Shown here piece after piece: positions 19,432 through 29,409 of a DNA stretch of 64,000 nt; the first letter of the stretch is position 1, and each line of letters starts with the position of its first letter. Made by a program: the position numbers and the translations under genes. Under the pieces are notes generated by a model. That model was given only the letters and a program-made list of their open reading frames with translations, was not told where the DNA came from and did not search any database. The stretch covers positions 9,353 through 73,352 of the forward strand of contig NZ_JBFFNS010000013.1 in the NCBI RefSeq assembly GCF_041563035.1, in the 5' to 3' direction. The stretch is from Sulfurimonas sp. Its GTDB lineage: Bacteria; Campylobacterota; Campylobacteria; Campylobacterales; Sulfurimonadaceae.

Positions 19432-21408
19432 ATGAGTATAAAATTCAAACTAAATCTAATTGCGACAATAGTTGTCTCTTTCGCACTGATAATTATTGCA
19501 ATTACTACGAACAAAGCATTTCATGACAGATCTGTCATATCTCAGGCAAAAGAGTTAAATGTACTTTCTCAAAAATTATCACTGTTAATTCATGAGACTC
19601 AAAAAGAAAGAGGAGCTAGTGCTGGTTTTCTTGGTTCCAAGGGTGCAAAGTTTGCAGATATTTTACCAAAGCAAAGAGTTCTAACAACAAAAAGAAACAC
19701 AGAACTTCTAACTTATACTTCAACTCTTGACTTAGGTTCATTTCCACAAGAACTACAGTCGGAAATAGCGGCATTCAACCTTGATATGAGTAAAATAAAT
19801 GATATCCGCTCAAAAGTAGACACACTAAGCATAAGTGTAAAAGATGAAGTGACTTACTACACAAAGATGAATAAAAAGATCTTAAACATAGTTGCTCTTA
19901 CTGCTAAACTTGCTGATACTCAAGAACTTGTAAAGTCACTAGACGCTTATACTAACTTTTTAAAATCAAAAGAGAGAGCTGGTATCGAGAGAGCTGTGCT
20001 GAGTGGAACATTTGGAGCAGACAAATTTGGTCCTGGAATGTTTTCAAAATGGATAACTCTTGTTGCTGAACAAGACGCTTACATGGACTCATTTTTAGCA
20101 ATGGCTACAGAGAGTTCTAAAGCATTTTACAAATCTAAGATGAATGCACCTGTTATTGCTGAAGTAAACGGTATGAGAGATATAGCAAGAGCTAAAGCTT
20201 CAGAAGGTGGATTTGGAATCGACAGTGTTGTCTGGTTTCAAACTATCACTAAAAAAATCAATCTTCTAAAACAAGTTGATGATGAACTTGCAAAACAAAA
20301 TACTGCATTACTAGAAGAAGTAGAATCTTCTTCAAAAATAGGCACAACTATTACGCTTGCTAGTTACAGCGCCTTTGCAATAGTTATATTTATTATTATC
20401 TTCTTTATATCTAAAGGAATCAATGTAAGTGTTAGAAGCTCTCTAGAAAAAATCAGCTGTGTTTCTGATAACCTTGATTTGACTTGTGACATTATAGTTG
20501 AAGGAAAAGATGAGATATCTCAGATTTCCAAAGCAATTAACGTTATGATAATTGCTTTTAAAGCAAGTGTACACCAAGCAAAAGATGTATCAGCTGCTAC
20601 AACAACTGAGAGTCAAAAACTACATAACGTTGTTGAAGACCTAACTAAAAACGGTGAAATAGCAGACGCTAAAATCACAAATATAAATGTTCTTGTTTCT
20701 GAAGTTGGAGAAAGACTTGACGCAGTTGAAGAAGCTTCTATCACTGTAACAGAAGATTTAAATAAAACATTTAACGTACTAGATAGCTTTGTATCAAAAC
20801 TAGACTCTGTTGTGCAGGCGATTGATGAAGGAAGCGAGCATCAACAGGACTTAGTTCAAAAGGTATCTTCACTTACGGAACAAGCTAAAAATATTAAAGA
20901 TGTACTTGCTATTATCTCTGATATTGCAGACCAGACTAATCTACTCGCCCTTAATGCTGCTATAGAAGCAGCTCGTGCTGGTGAGCATGGACGTGGCTTT
21001 GCCGTTGTTGCCGATGAAGTAAGAAAACTTGCTGAGAGAACGCAAAAATCACTTAGCGAAATCAGTGCGAATGTTAATCTTATCACTCAAAATGTTGTTG
21101 AGATATCTGAAGAAACTGATAAAACATCAAGAAATATGCAAAATATTTCAGGTTCTGCTCAAGAGCTTATTTCTGACTCACAAGAGACTAAAGAAAACCT
21201 ATCAATTACTACTGACAAATCAACAGATGTTATGCATCAAAGTACATACATTGCAACAAAAACAAAAGAGTTGATTGCTAATATGGATGAGATTATAGAA
21301 TTGTCAAATGAAAATATACAACACAGAACTAAAGTGGAGAGCAGTGTTAATAAGCTTTCAAGCGATTCAGATAGACTGCAAAATGAGCTTAGTAAGTTCA
21401 GAGTATAG
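19432..21408 (+). CDS. Methyl-accepting chemotaxis protein with NIT (nitrate/nitrite-sensing) domain
   Basis: [14 protein letters not shown] and [12 protein letters not shown] motifs, two TM helices, HAMP, and the [38 protein letters not shown] signalling hairpin. Confidence 0.92.
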   Translation: MSIKFKLNLIATIVVSFALIIIAITTNKAFHDRSVISQAKELNVLSQKLSLLIHETQKERGASAGFLGSKGAKFADILPKQRVLTTKRNTELLTYTSTLDLGSFPQELQSEIAAFNLDMSKINDIRSKVDTLSISVKDEVTYYTKMNKKILNIVALTAKLADTQELVKSLDAYTNFLKSKERAGIERAVLSGTFGADKFGPGMFSKWITLVAEQDAYMDSFLAMATESSKAFYKSKMNAPVIAEVNGMRDIARAKASEGGFGIDSVVWFQTITKKINLLKQVDDELAKQNTALLEEVESSSKIGTTITLASYSAFAIVIFIIIFFISKGINVSVRSSLEKISCVSDNLDLTCDIIVEGKDEISQISKAINVMIIAFKASVHQAKDVSAATTTESQKLHNVVEDLTKNGEIADAKITNINVLVSEVGERLDAVEEASITVTEDLNKTFNVLDSFVSKLDSVVQAIDEGSEHQQDLVQKVSSLTEQAKNIKDVLAIISDIADQTNLLALNAAIEAARAGEHGRGFAVVADEVRKLAERTQKSLSEISANVNLITQNVVEISEETDKTSRNMQNISGSAQELISDSQETKENLSITTDKSTDVMHQSTYIATKTKELIANMDEIIELSNENIQHRTKVESSVNKLSSDSDRLQNELSKFRV

Positions 21409-21420
21409 TAAAACTAATAT

Positions 21421-23112
21421 ATGATAAAAGAACTTACTGAGATAGACAACAATATTTTACAACATATGAAATCTTTAACACTTTTATGTGTTGAAGATGA
21501 CCCTACCACCCAAATTTTATACGAATCTATATTTGAAAACATTGTTAAAAAGATAATCTTTGCCAAAGATGGCGAAGATGGATATGAAAAGTATCTCGCA
21601 AATAATATAGATCTTATACTTACTGACTACTCCATGCCGAAACTAAATGGTTTAGATATGATAAAGAGGATTAGAATATCAAATAAAGATATCCCTATCA
21701 TCCTAGTTAGTGCTATTACAGATATAGATATAATTGTAAAAGCTCTACAACTTCACGTCAACAACTTCATAAAAAAACCAATCGTCGAAAAAGAAGTTAT
21801 CAATGCGCTTGAGTCAGTTTCAAAATTAGTAATTGCCAATAGATACCTGGAAGATCAGAAAAACACTAAGCTTCAAGAGTTGGAAGAAAAAGATAAATAC
21901 AGTTCTTATCAAGAAGATTTAGCATTTGCAAAAGAGTTAAATATTCTTAGAAATGACTTCTATTATCAGATGATAGACACAACATGTACTGCTCTCGTAG
22001 ATTTTTCATATCAGCCTCTGGACATTTTAAGCGGAGATGCATACAGTGCAAGAAGAATAGACAAACACAAAACATTTTATCTTATAGTTGATGGAATGGG
22101 AAAAGGTCTATCCGCGTCCCTAAGCTCAATGCTTGTTACATCTTTTATAAATCATATCATTGACAAAATGCACTACTTAGATAATTTTGACTTGCATAGA
22201 CTCATATATGAGTCATTAGAATACATTAAACCTATTTTACTTGATGAAGAAGCTCTATCAATAGACTATATACTACTTGATTGTATGAATTCAAAGATGC
22301 AATACGCTAAATTTGCGATGCCGGCAATACTACTGCAAAACAAAGATGATGAAGTAATAAAAATTAAATCTAACAATGGCCCTATTAGTAAATATATGAG
22401 AGACTTTACTATATCAAATTATGATACTTCGCAGATAAATAAATTTCTTTTTTACAGTGACGGTATGGTCGAGAACCCTACAAGATTCAAAGATAAACTC
22501 TACATCGACTATATAGAAGAGGATTTCTTAGACTCTTTTACAAAAGATGGAATGAGAGAGAGACTTCTTTGGAAAATAGACAAAGCTGAAGATGATATTA
22601 CATTTATTTTTATCAACAAACTTGATCTAGTCAATACTATTATTGCAGAGAAGAGTTTTGATACTAACATGGAAGAAATTGACAATGCAAATGAGTGGAA
22701 CACAAATGTTTGGGAAACTTTAACAGATAATGTAAAGATGGTTTACAGTGCAGGAATTGTTTTTACAGAGCTTTTTATGAATGCTTTTGAGCATGGCAAT
22801 CTAGGGCTTGACTCACAGACCAAGCACAGACTTATAGAAGAAGACACATATCTAGAGACTCTACAAAAACAGCAAGAGAACTGTAACAAACAGATACATG
22901 TCATAATAAATAAGATAACCTACAAAGATGCAAACTACATAATCACTAGAATCGAAGATGATGGTGAAGGTTTTGACACTCAAATACTAAGTGAAATATT
23001 TAGAAATGCTAAGTCTTTTAATGGAAGAGGTGTTTTTGTATCTAGAAGTTCTTCGTTGGGGATTTACTACAATACTAAAGGGAATTCAGTACTATTTTTA
23101 CATAAAATATAG
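21421..23112 (+). CDS. Response regulator REC + PP2C/SpoIIE phosphatase + HATPase anti-sigma kinase (HsbR-like architecture)
   Basis: REC (VEDD, TDYSMP, KKP), PP2C (SGD, VDGMGKG, YSDG, EDDIT), kinase (ELFMNAFEHGN, EDDGEGFD, GRG). Confidence 0.88.
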   Translation: MIKELTEIDNNILQHMKSLTLLCVEDDPTTQILYESIFENIVKKIIFAKDGEDGYEKYLANNIDLILTDYSMPKLNGLDMIKRIRISNKDIPIILVSAITDIDIIVKALQLHVNNFIKKPIVEKEVINALESVSKLVIANRYLEDQKNTKLQELEEKDKYSSYQEDLAFAKELNILRNDFYYQMIDTTCTALVDFSYQPLDILSGDAYSARRIDKHKTFYLIVDGMGKGLSASLSSMLVTSFINHIIDKMHYLDNFDLHRLIYESLEYIKPILLDEEALSIDYILLDCMNSKMQYAKFAMPAILLQNKDDEVIKIKSNNGPISKYMRDFTISNYDTSQINKFLFYSDGMVENPTRFKDKLYIDYIEEDFLDSFTKDGMRERLLWKIDKAEDDITFIFINKLDLVNTIIAEKSFDTNMEEIDNANEWNTNVWETLTDNVKMVYSAGIVFTELFMNAFEHGNLGLDSQTKHRLIEEDTYLETLQKQQENCNKQIHVIINKITYKDANYIITRIEDDGEGFDTQILSEIFRNAKSFNGRGVFVSRSSSLGIYYNTKGNSVLFLHKI

Positions 23113-23139
23113 ACTTCCAACGCAGAGTTGGAAGTTTTT
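23113..23139 (+). terminator. Intrinsic terminator of the STAS-MCP-phosphatase operon
   Basis: ACTTCCAAC-GCAGA-GTTGGAAGT stem-loop followed by TTTT. Confidence 0.7.
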
Positions 23140-23153
23140 ATACTTAGCAAAAA

Positions 23154-23513
23154 TTATTTGCTAAGTGCTGCTTTAGATGCCTCTGCAACTGCTGTGAAAG
23201 CTGCTGCGTCATTCATCGCCATGTCAGCAAGAATTTTACGGTCAAGCTCGATGCCAGATTTATGAAGTCCGTTCATGAAAGTTGAATAATTCATTCCATT
23301 TAAACGAGAAGCTGCATTAATACGTACGATCCATAATTTACGGAAATCACGTTTTTTCTGCTTACGGTCACGGTGAGCATATACCCATGAACGTTCAATT
23401 TGTTCTTTAGCTTTTCTAAAGTGTTTACGACGACCACTATAGAAACCTTTTGCTAATTTTAATATCTTTTTGTGTCTTCTTCTACGAACAACACCTGTTT
23501 TTACTCTTGGCAT
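23154..23513 (-). CDS. rplT: 50S ribosomal protein L20
   Basis: MPRVKTG..RRRHKK and [19 protein letters not shown] motifs. Confidence 0.99.
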   Translation of the reverse strand: MPRVKTGVVRRRRHKKILKLAKGFYSGRRKHFRKAKEQIERSWVYAHRDRKQKKRDFRKLWIVRINAASRLNGMNYSTFMNGLHKSGIELDRKILADMAMNDAAAFTAVAEASKAALSK

Positions 23514-23617
23514 ATTTTTCCTTTTTCTTTACCCGGTCACTTTTTGTGATAAGGTGCCACATCAATGGTGGTCTTGCCCAATTAAATAATTGGAGATTTA
23601 TAATTGACTAATAAAAA
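23514..23617 (-). promoter_or_regulatory. Structured rpmI-rplT intergenic RNA, candidate L20 autoregulatory leader
   Basis: 104-nt spacer with CCAATT/AATTGG, CCAC/GTGG and TCAC/GTGA hairpins directly before the rplT RBS. Confidence 0.5.
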
Positions 23618-23809
23618 TTAGTTAATCATAGCCTTAATGTTTGCTTCGTCAGCTTTTGAAACAACTTTTGGGCTGTTTTGATCACGACGAGTGCCTGCAT
23701 CTTGTTTAGTTAAAATATGACTTCTGTACGCTGTACCACGTTTAACAGAACCGTTTTTCTTAACTTTAAAACGCTTAACAGCGCCTTTTACCGATTTCAT
23801 TTTTGGCAT
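23618..23809 (-). CDS. rpmI: 50S ribosomal protein L35
   Basis: [15 protein letters not shown]...SHILTK. ATG at 23809 with a GGAG RBS; own TATAAT at ~23850-23855. Confidence 0.98.
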   Translation of the reverse strand: MPKMKSVKGAVKRFKVKKNGSVKRGTAYRSHILTKQDAGTRRDQNSPKVVSKADEANIKAMIN

Positions 23810-23890
23810 CGATGACTCCTTTGTAAAATTCTCATAAATTGAGAGTGGGATTATACCCAAAAATTTCTAAATTTTAGCTACAATAGCCAA

Positions 23891-24118
23891 ATGAATTCAA
23901 TTAAACACATAGATAATGCACTAAAAGAACTAGATGATGAAGTACAGAAAATACTTTTAAATTGGGATATTCCTCTTAACGAGAAAGATAATCTTATGCT
24001 TCCAATACTTCAACAGAAGAAAGTACTTACACAAACATTAGAAGACTTAACATACTTAAAAGATAATCCGCCAAAACCAAATCAGCCATGTGGAATAAGT
24101 AAGTATAGAGAAGATTAA
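23891..24118 (+). CDS. Hypothetical protein (75 aa)
   Basis: Clean ORF filling the gap between rpmI and the SRP RNA; no recognised motif. Confidence 0.6.
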   Translation: MNSIKHIDNALKELDDEVQKILLNWDIPLNEKDNLMLPILQQKKVLTQTLEDLTYLKDNPPKPNQPCGISKYRED

Positions 24119-24149
24119 TAATTATTTTTGATTGTTTATTTAAGAAGTA

Positions 24150-24253
24150 CCCTTCTCCAGATACCTGCGGCACATGACGAATCAAGGTGTGCTGCTGTAT
24201 TCCTACCCTGACACATTGTCCTAAAACATCATTGCACAGGTCTAAAGAAGAGC
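24150..24253 (-). ncRNA. ffs: Signal recognition particle RNA (bacterial small SRP, 4.5S); ends approximate
   Basis: Domain IV core GTGTCAGG-GTA-GGAA-TAC-AGCAGCAC, complementary ends (CTTCTTTAGA / TCTGGAGAAG), TATAAT at 24265-24260. Confidence 0.9.
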
Positions 24254-24307
24254 GGTGGAATTATAGCCAATTTTTTTTAAATAGCAAAGCTTTTAGTAAA
24301 CAACTCT

Positions 24308-24649
24308 CTAAACAGTTGGTATTGTAGCTACTGCATCTTTTATAGCTTGCAGATATGCCGCGTATTGAAAATCTTGATTTGCATCTGAGGCTGCAAACTC
24401 TAGCTCCTTTGACATCTCATAAATTTCATCAAACCTTAAATTACCTGCACTACCCTTCAGAGCGTGAGCATGTGCTTTTACAGCTGGATAATCTTTTGAG
24501 TTGATTGCATCTTCAAGTGCCTGCAAAATCGGAGGAGTCTCTTGTAAAAAGCTACTCAGCAAAATAGGTATATGTTTTAGTTTTAATCCTATTGCACTTG
24601 CCATGTCTTCGTGTAAGAGCGTTGAGTAGTTAGGTGTTAAAATTGGCAT
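24308..24649 (-). CDS. Stand-alone Hpt (histidine phosphotransfer) protein
   Basis: AHALKGSAGNL Hpt motif in a 113 aa helical protein. Confidence 0.9.
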   Translation of the reverse strand: MPILTPNYSTLLHEDMASAIGLKLKHIPILLSSFLQETPPILQALEDAINSKDYPAVKAHAHALKGSAGNLRFDEIYEMSKELEFAASDANQDFQYAAYLQAIKDAVATIPTV

Positions 24650-24705
24650 GATTTATTTCCTATCTTTATGTATAATTTACTACAATTGTAACACAGGATT
24701 CTAAA

Positions 24706-25179
24706 ATGTTATACATAATATGTGCTTTAAAATCAGAAGCTCAAGCTTTTGTCGATAAATACAAACTTCCAAAAAACAGGCAAAATGCACAAATCACTCT
24801 AATAGTAAGCGGGGTAGGCTCTGAGAATATGTTTAATGCAACAAAAGATGCTGTAACTAATATGAGTAATAATGATACAATCATCAATGTAGGCATCTGT
24901 GGTGGAGATAAAAAGTTTGCTATTGGGGAGCTTATAGATGCAAGAGATGAAAATCTTACATGCGTAGTATCTGAAATCTCAGAACATGGTCAGTATGAAC
25001 TTGTAGATATGGAATCTGAGGGGTTTTTAAAAGCTGTGCAGAATGTAGAGAATAAATATATTTTCAAAGTCGTATCAGATCATTTTGAACCTCATAAAGT
25101 AACCAAAGATAAAACGAAATCTCTTATATTTAATGTTATAGATGATATAAACAATAAAATAAATTTTAAGGCCAATTAA
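24706..25179 (+). CDS. Short nucleoside phosphorylase/MTA-SAH nucleosidase-like protein
   Basis: ALKSEA, INVGICGG, VDMESEGF and KVVSDH resemble PNP_UDP_1 motifs; only 157 aa. Confidence 0.65.
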   Translation: MLYIICALKSEAQAFVDKYKLPKNRQNAQITLIVSGVGSENMFNATKDAVTNMSNNDTIINVGICGGDKKFAIGELIDARDENLTCVVSEISEHGQYELVDMESEGFLKAVQNVENKYIFKVVSDHFEPHKVTKDKTKSLIFNVIDDINNKINFKAN

Positions 25180-26855
25180 TGAAATACATCATTTTACTAT
25201 TACTAGCTATTTTAACTCTAAATGCAAGCACATCTGAGGAAATGAAACTAAAAAAACAGATTGGCCGTATGCTTGTTATAGGATTTGAGAATCAAAGCGT
25301 TAATCAAAACACTGAAATTGTAAAACAGATGCAGAAATACGATCTTGGTGGAGTTATTTTATTTGATAAATTTTATCAAAAAAGAAGCATCACTAAAAAT
25401 ATAGATTCACCAAAACAACTTCAAGAGCTAACTTCAAAACTTCAAAAATTCTCACGAAAACCTCTTTTAATATCTGTTGATCAAGAGGGTGGAAATGTAG
25501 CACGACTAAAACATTACTATGGATTTGATAGATTTCCATCTGCAAAAGAGGTCTCATTTCTTTCAACAAGACAGGCAAAAGATATATATGACAAACAATC
25601 ACAGATGCTTGAAGAAAATAATATCAACTGTAACTTTGCTCCTGTTGTTGATTTGGATATAAATCCTAAAAACAAAGTTATCTCAGAACTGGAACGCTCA
25701 TTTGGAGATTCAGGTCAAAAAGTAACTAAATACGCAAAAATAATGATAGATGCACAGGCAAAGCATAATGTCATAAGTGTTTTAAAGCATTTCCCAGGTC
25801 ATGGTTCATCACTTGGAGATTCACACAAAGGTTTTGTAGATATCTCAAACACTTGGACTCAAAAAGAGTTAATACCCTATCAAAATCTTATAGATGCAAA
25901 CAAAGTAGATATGATAATGAGTGCTCATGTTTTTAACTCTACACTAGACCCTAAATATCCTGCGACACTTTCATATAGTATAAATACTAAACTCCTTCGA
26001 GAAAAGATGGGCTTTAAAGGCGTGCTTATAAGTGATGATTTGCAGATGAAAGCAATCACAGAGCATTACACTCTAAAAGAGACAGTTACAAGAGCTATAA
26101 ACTCAGGCGTAGATATTCTTCTCTTTGGAAACCAGTTAGCATCTAATAATGCAGATGAGTTGGTTAAACTAATCTACTCTCAGGTTAAGAGTGGATCTAT
26201 TTCAAAGAAAAGGATTGAAGAAGCAAACACAAGAATAGAAAACTTGCATACAAAAAACTCTATAGTTCAACGACCAATAGAGTTTGGTGAAGAACGCATA
26301 GAGATGACTAAAGCTTACATCAAACAGCACTACGCTCTAGAGACAAAAGACATAACAATAGACCCCAAGGTTATAGTTCTACACTGGACTGCTGTTATGG
26401 ACTTCGAGGATTGCTTTAAACGACTAAAAGGAAACACACTCTACAGTGACAGAGGTGATATAGCAGATGCTGGAGCACTAAACGTATCTTCTCACTTTTT
26501 GGTAGCTCGTGATGGGACTATCTATCAGCTAATGCCGGACAATTGGATGGCGAGACATGTCATAGGACTTAACTACTCAAGTATCGGTATAGAAAATGTT
26601 GGTGGAGAAGATAATGTTAAAGATGATTTAACTCCTGCGCAAGTAGAATCAAATATCAAACTTGTAAAATATTTAAAAGCAAAGTATCCAAACATAGAGT
26701 ACCTCATCGGTCATCATGAATATCAAGAGATGGAAAGGTCTGCTCTTTGGTTAGAAAAAGATGCAGAGTATAGAACAGAAAAAGCTGATCCTGGAAAGAA
26801 GTTTATGAATAAGGTCAGAAAGAATGTTAAAGAATTAGGACTAAAGAAACCATAG
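25179..26855 (+). CDS. Exported fusion: GH3 beta-N-acetylglucosaminidase (NagZ-type) + Amidase_2 N-acetylmuramoyl-L-alanine amidase
   Basis: Signal peptide. NagZ motifs SVDQEGG, KHFPGHGSSLGDSH and SDDLQM. Amidase motifs VLHWT, SSHFLV, ARHVIGLNYSSIGIE, GHHE and KADPG. Confidence 0.9.
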   Translation: MKYIILLLLAILTLNASTSEEMKLKKQIGRMLVIGFENQSVNQNTEIVKQMQKYDLGGVILFDKFYQKRSITKNIDSPKQLQELTSKLQKFSRKPLLISVDQEGGNVARLKHYYGFDRFPSAKEVSFLSTRQAKDIYDKQSQMLEENNINCNFAPVVDLDINPKNKVISELERSFGDSGQKVTKYAKIMIDAQAKHNVISVLKHFPGHGSSLGDSHKGFVDISNTWTQKELIPYQNLIDANKVDMIMSAHVFNSTLDPKYPATLSYSINTKLLREKMGFKGVLISDDLQMKAITEHYTLKETVTRAINSGVDILLFGNQLASNNADELVKLIYSQVKSGSISKKRIEEANTRIENLHTKNSIVQRPIEFGEERIEMTKAYIKQHYALETKDITIDPKVIVLHWTAVMDFEDCFKRLKGNTLYSDRGDIADAGALNVSSHFLVARDGTIYQLMPDNWMARHVIGLNYSSIGIENVGGEDNVKDDLTPAQVESNIKLVKYLKAKYPNIEYLIGHHEYQEMERSALWLEKDAEYRTEKADPGKKFMNKVRKNVKELGLKKP

Positions 26856-28334
26856 ATGCAAAGTGCTTTCTCATCTCTTGACTGGTCTGTTTTTGGAGCT
26901 TATTTTCTAATTCTCGCCATTACTTCATACATTTTAGCTCAGGCAAAAATAAAAACTTCAAGAGAGTACTTTGTAAGTGCCAACTCCATGCCTATGTTTG
27001 CAGTTGCCATCTCTGTTTTAGCCACGTCTCAATCAGCCGCAACCTTTTTAGGAGCACCTGAGTTTTCATACAAAAACGATTTTACCTTTATAGGTTTTTA
27101 TATCTCTGGTTTGGTCGCTGTTATCTTTGTGGCCTATGTTCTTATCCCTAAGTTTTACGCTATGAGAGCGGTTACCGTTTATGAACTTTTAGAGACTAGA
27201 TACGGCGAGTCTGCAAAGAAACAAGCGGGGATCATGTTTCTCATCGGTCGGGTGCTTGCAAGCGGGGCAAGACTCTACATAGGTGCTTTAGCAATCTCGA
27301 TGATTCTCTTTGGAGATATTATCTTCATAAATGTTCTACTCTCTATCATCATACTGATGCTTGGAGCCTTGGTCTATACATATTTTGGCGGTATAAAGTC
27401 TGTCATTTTAAGCGACATCATTCAAGCCATTACCTATGTCGGAGCAGGTATTGTAGTACTTATCTATCTATACTACTCTCTTGATAGCATAAACATTATG
27501 CAAGTGCTAAGCGAGAACGATAAACTCCGTCTTGTTGATACTTCATTAGATGGGAAGTTTAGTATCATCGGGCTATTAAGCGGTTGGCTGCTTCTAAATA
27601 TTGCCGCTTTTGGAATGGATCAGGATATGACTCAAAGAGTTCTTAGCTGTAAAAATAAACAAGAAGCTGCAAAGTCTCTTATCGTCTCCATCTTACTTAC
27701 CATCCCTGTAGTTTTACTCTTCCTTGCCATCGGTGCCCTACTCTTTGTCTTTTATCATCAAGCATCCGTAGTACAAAGTTTTGATGGAGAAAACATCACT
27801 ATATTTATGTACTACATCTTAAATGAGATGCCAGACGGCCTTCGCGGTTTAGTAACTGTCGGAGCGATTGCCGCAGCACTTTCAAGTACAAACTCGGTTC
27901 TTGGAGCTATGGCATCTGTAGCCATCGAAGACCTATATAAACCTTGGAAACTAAGACAAGGCAAAATAGATGAGATGCACTTTGTTAAAGCATCAAAAAG
28001 AGCAGTTGTATTTTTTGCAATTGTCTTATCTATAATGGCAGTTGTCAGTTACTTCTGGCAAAGATATAGTGACCTCTCACTAATCAGTTTTGCACTTGGT
28101 GTTATGGCTTTTGCATATACTGGTCTCTTAGGAGTTTTTTTCTCAGCTATATTTACAAATAGAGGAGACTCAAAACTAGTTCCTTTTGCGCTTGTCGGTG
28201 GCTTTATAACCGTACTTTCACTTCAGCCTTACACTTTTGGCATCAGCCTTGGTTTTTCATGGCAGATAGTCATTGGGACGATTGTTGCTTTTGGGATTAT
28301 GCAATTAAAATCTTCTAAGGCTAAAAATGAGTGA
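26856..28334 (+). CDS. Sodium:solute symporter (SSS) family transporter
   Basis: EYFVSANSMP, SVLATSQSAATFLG, TVYELLETRYG, YTYFGGIKSVILSD, DQDMTQRVL and AAALSS motifs. Confidence 0.9.
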   Translation: MQSAFSSLDWSVFGAYFLILAITSYILAQAKIKTSREYFVSANSMPMFAVAISVLATSQSAATFLGAPEFSYKNDFTFIGFYISGLVAVIFVAYVLIPKFYAMRAVTVYELLETRYGESAKKQAGIMFLIGRVLASGARLYIGALAISMILFGDIIFINVLLSIIILMLGALVYTYFGGIKSVILSDIIQAITYVGAGIVVLIYLYYSLDSINIMQVLSENDKLRLVDTSLDGKFSIIGLLSGWLLLNIAAFGMDQDMTQRVLSCKNKQEAAKSLIVSILLTIPVVLLFLAIGALLFVFYHQASVVQSFDGENITIFMYYILNEMPDGLRGLVTVGAIAAALSSTNSVLGAMASVAIEDLYKPWKLRQGKIDEMHFVKASKRAVVFFAIVLSIMAVVSYFWQRYSDLSLISFALGVMAFAYTGLLGVFFSAIFTNRGDSKLVPFALVGGFITVLSLQPYTFGISLGFSWQIVIGTIVAFGIMQLKSSKAKNE

Positions 28335-29409
28335 ACTATATATCGGTGTTATGTCAGGGACAAGTATGGACGGTGTCGATATAGCTCTTTGTGAGATAGA
28401 CAGCACTAAATGCTCTCTTGTAGACTCTGCACTATATCACTACGATGGTGAGCTTGAGTCTGAAATACTTAAAGTTATAAACGGCTCCACTACACTAGAG
28501 CAAATAGGCACTATTGATAACAAGCTTGGAAATATGTTTGCAGATATAATAAACACATTTTTAAAATATAAAAAAATAGACCCTTCAACCATAAAAGCTA
28601 TAGGTCTTCATGGTCAAACACTCTGGCACGCTCCAGATGCTGACAACCCATTTTCAATGCAACTTGGGTGTCCTAATGTCGTAAGTGCAAAAACTGGCAT
28701 CCAAGTAGTAGCGGACTTTAGAAGAATGGATATGGCAAATGGTGGGCAAGGTGCACCTTTTGCTCCCGCTTTTCATCAAGAAGTATTTAAGCATCTGGAT
28801 AAAAAAACAGCTGTTTTAAATATTGGTGGAATGGCAAATATCACCCTTTTGGGTGATACGTTAAAAGGCTGGGATACCGGCTGTGGAAATGTTCTGATGG
28901 ACTACTGGAGTATAAATGATTCAGATATTGGTTATGACCTCAATGCCGAGTTTGCTCTTAGAGGAGAAGTTAAAGAAGATCTTCTTGATAGTTTTTTAAA
29001 AGATGAGTACTTTGCCAAACTTCCTCCAAAGAGTACAGGACGTGAATATTTTAACGCTACTTGGCTTGCAAACCATCTTCCACTTTTTGACACTATAAAA
29101 GCAGAAGACATCCAACGTACTCTGCTTGAACTAACAGCTAAAAGTATCGCTAATGATGCCAACAATACAGATGCAGAGCTTCTTATAGTCTGTGGTGGTG
29201 GCGCACAAAATCCACTTCTAATGCAAAGACTAAGTGAGCTGTGCAAGGCAGATATAAAAGTCAGTGATGAGTTTGAAGTAAGTTCTAGCTACATGGAAGC
29301 AATGGCATTTGCATGGCTTGCATACAAAAGAGTTCATAGAGAAGTTGTAGAGCTCTCAAGCGTAACAGGTGCTACAAAAGACTCTATTTTAGGCGGAATT
29401 TATGGATAA
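28327..29409 (+). CDS. anmK: Anhydro-N-acetylmuramic acid kinase
   Basis: GVMSGTSMDGVD, HGQTL, GGQGAP, LNIGGMAN, DTGCGN, CGGGAQN and EAMAFAW motifs. Confidence 0.95.
   Translation: MSELYIGVMSGTSMDGVDIALCEIDSTKCSLVDSALYHYDGELESEILKVINGSTTLEQIGTIDNKLGNMFADIINTFLKYKKIDPSTIKAIGLHGQTLWHAPDADNPFSMQLGCPNVVSAKTGIQVVADFRRMDMANGGQGAPFAPAFHQEVFKHLDKKTAVLNIGGMANITLLGDTLKGWDTGCGNVLMDYWSINDSDIGYDLNAEFALRGEVKEDLLDSFLKDEYFAKLPPKSTGREYFNATWLANHLPLFDTIKAEDIQRTLLELTAKSIANDANNTDAELLIVCGGGAQNPLLMQRLSELCKADIKVSDEFEVSSSYMEAMAFAWLAYKRVHREVVELSSVTGATKDSILGGIYG

Noticed and set aside
23618-23890. rpmI-rplT not preceded by infC
   Set aside because: Separation from thrS-infC already occurs in some Campylobacterota, as I recall for C. 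jejuni, so it is not novel.
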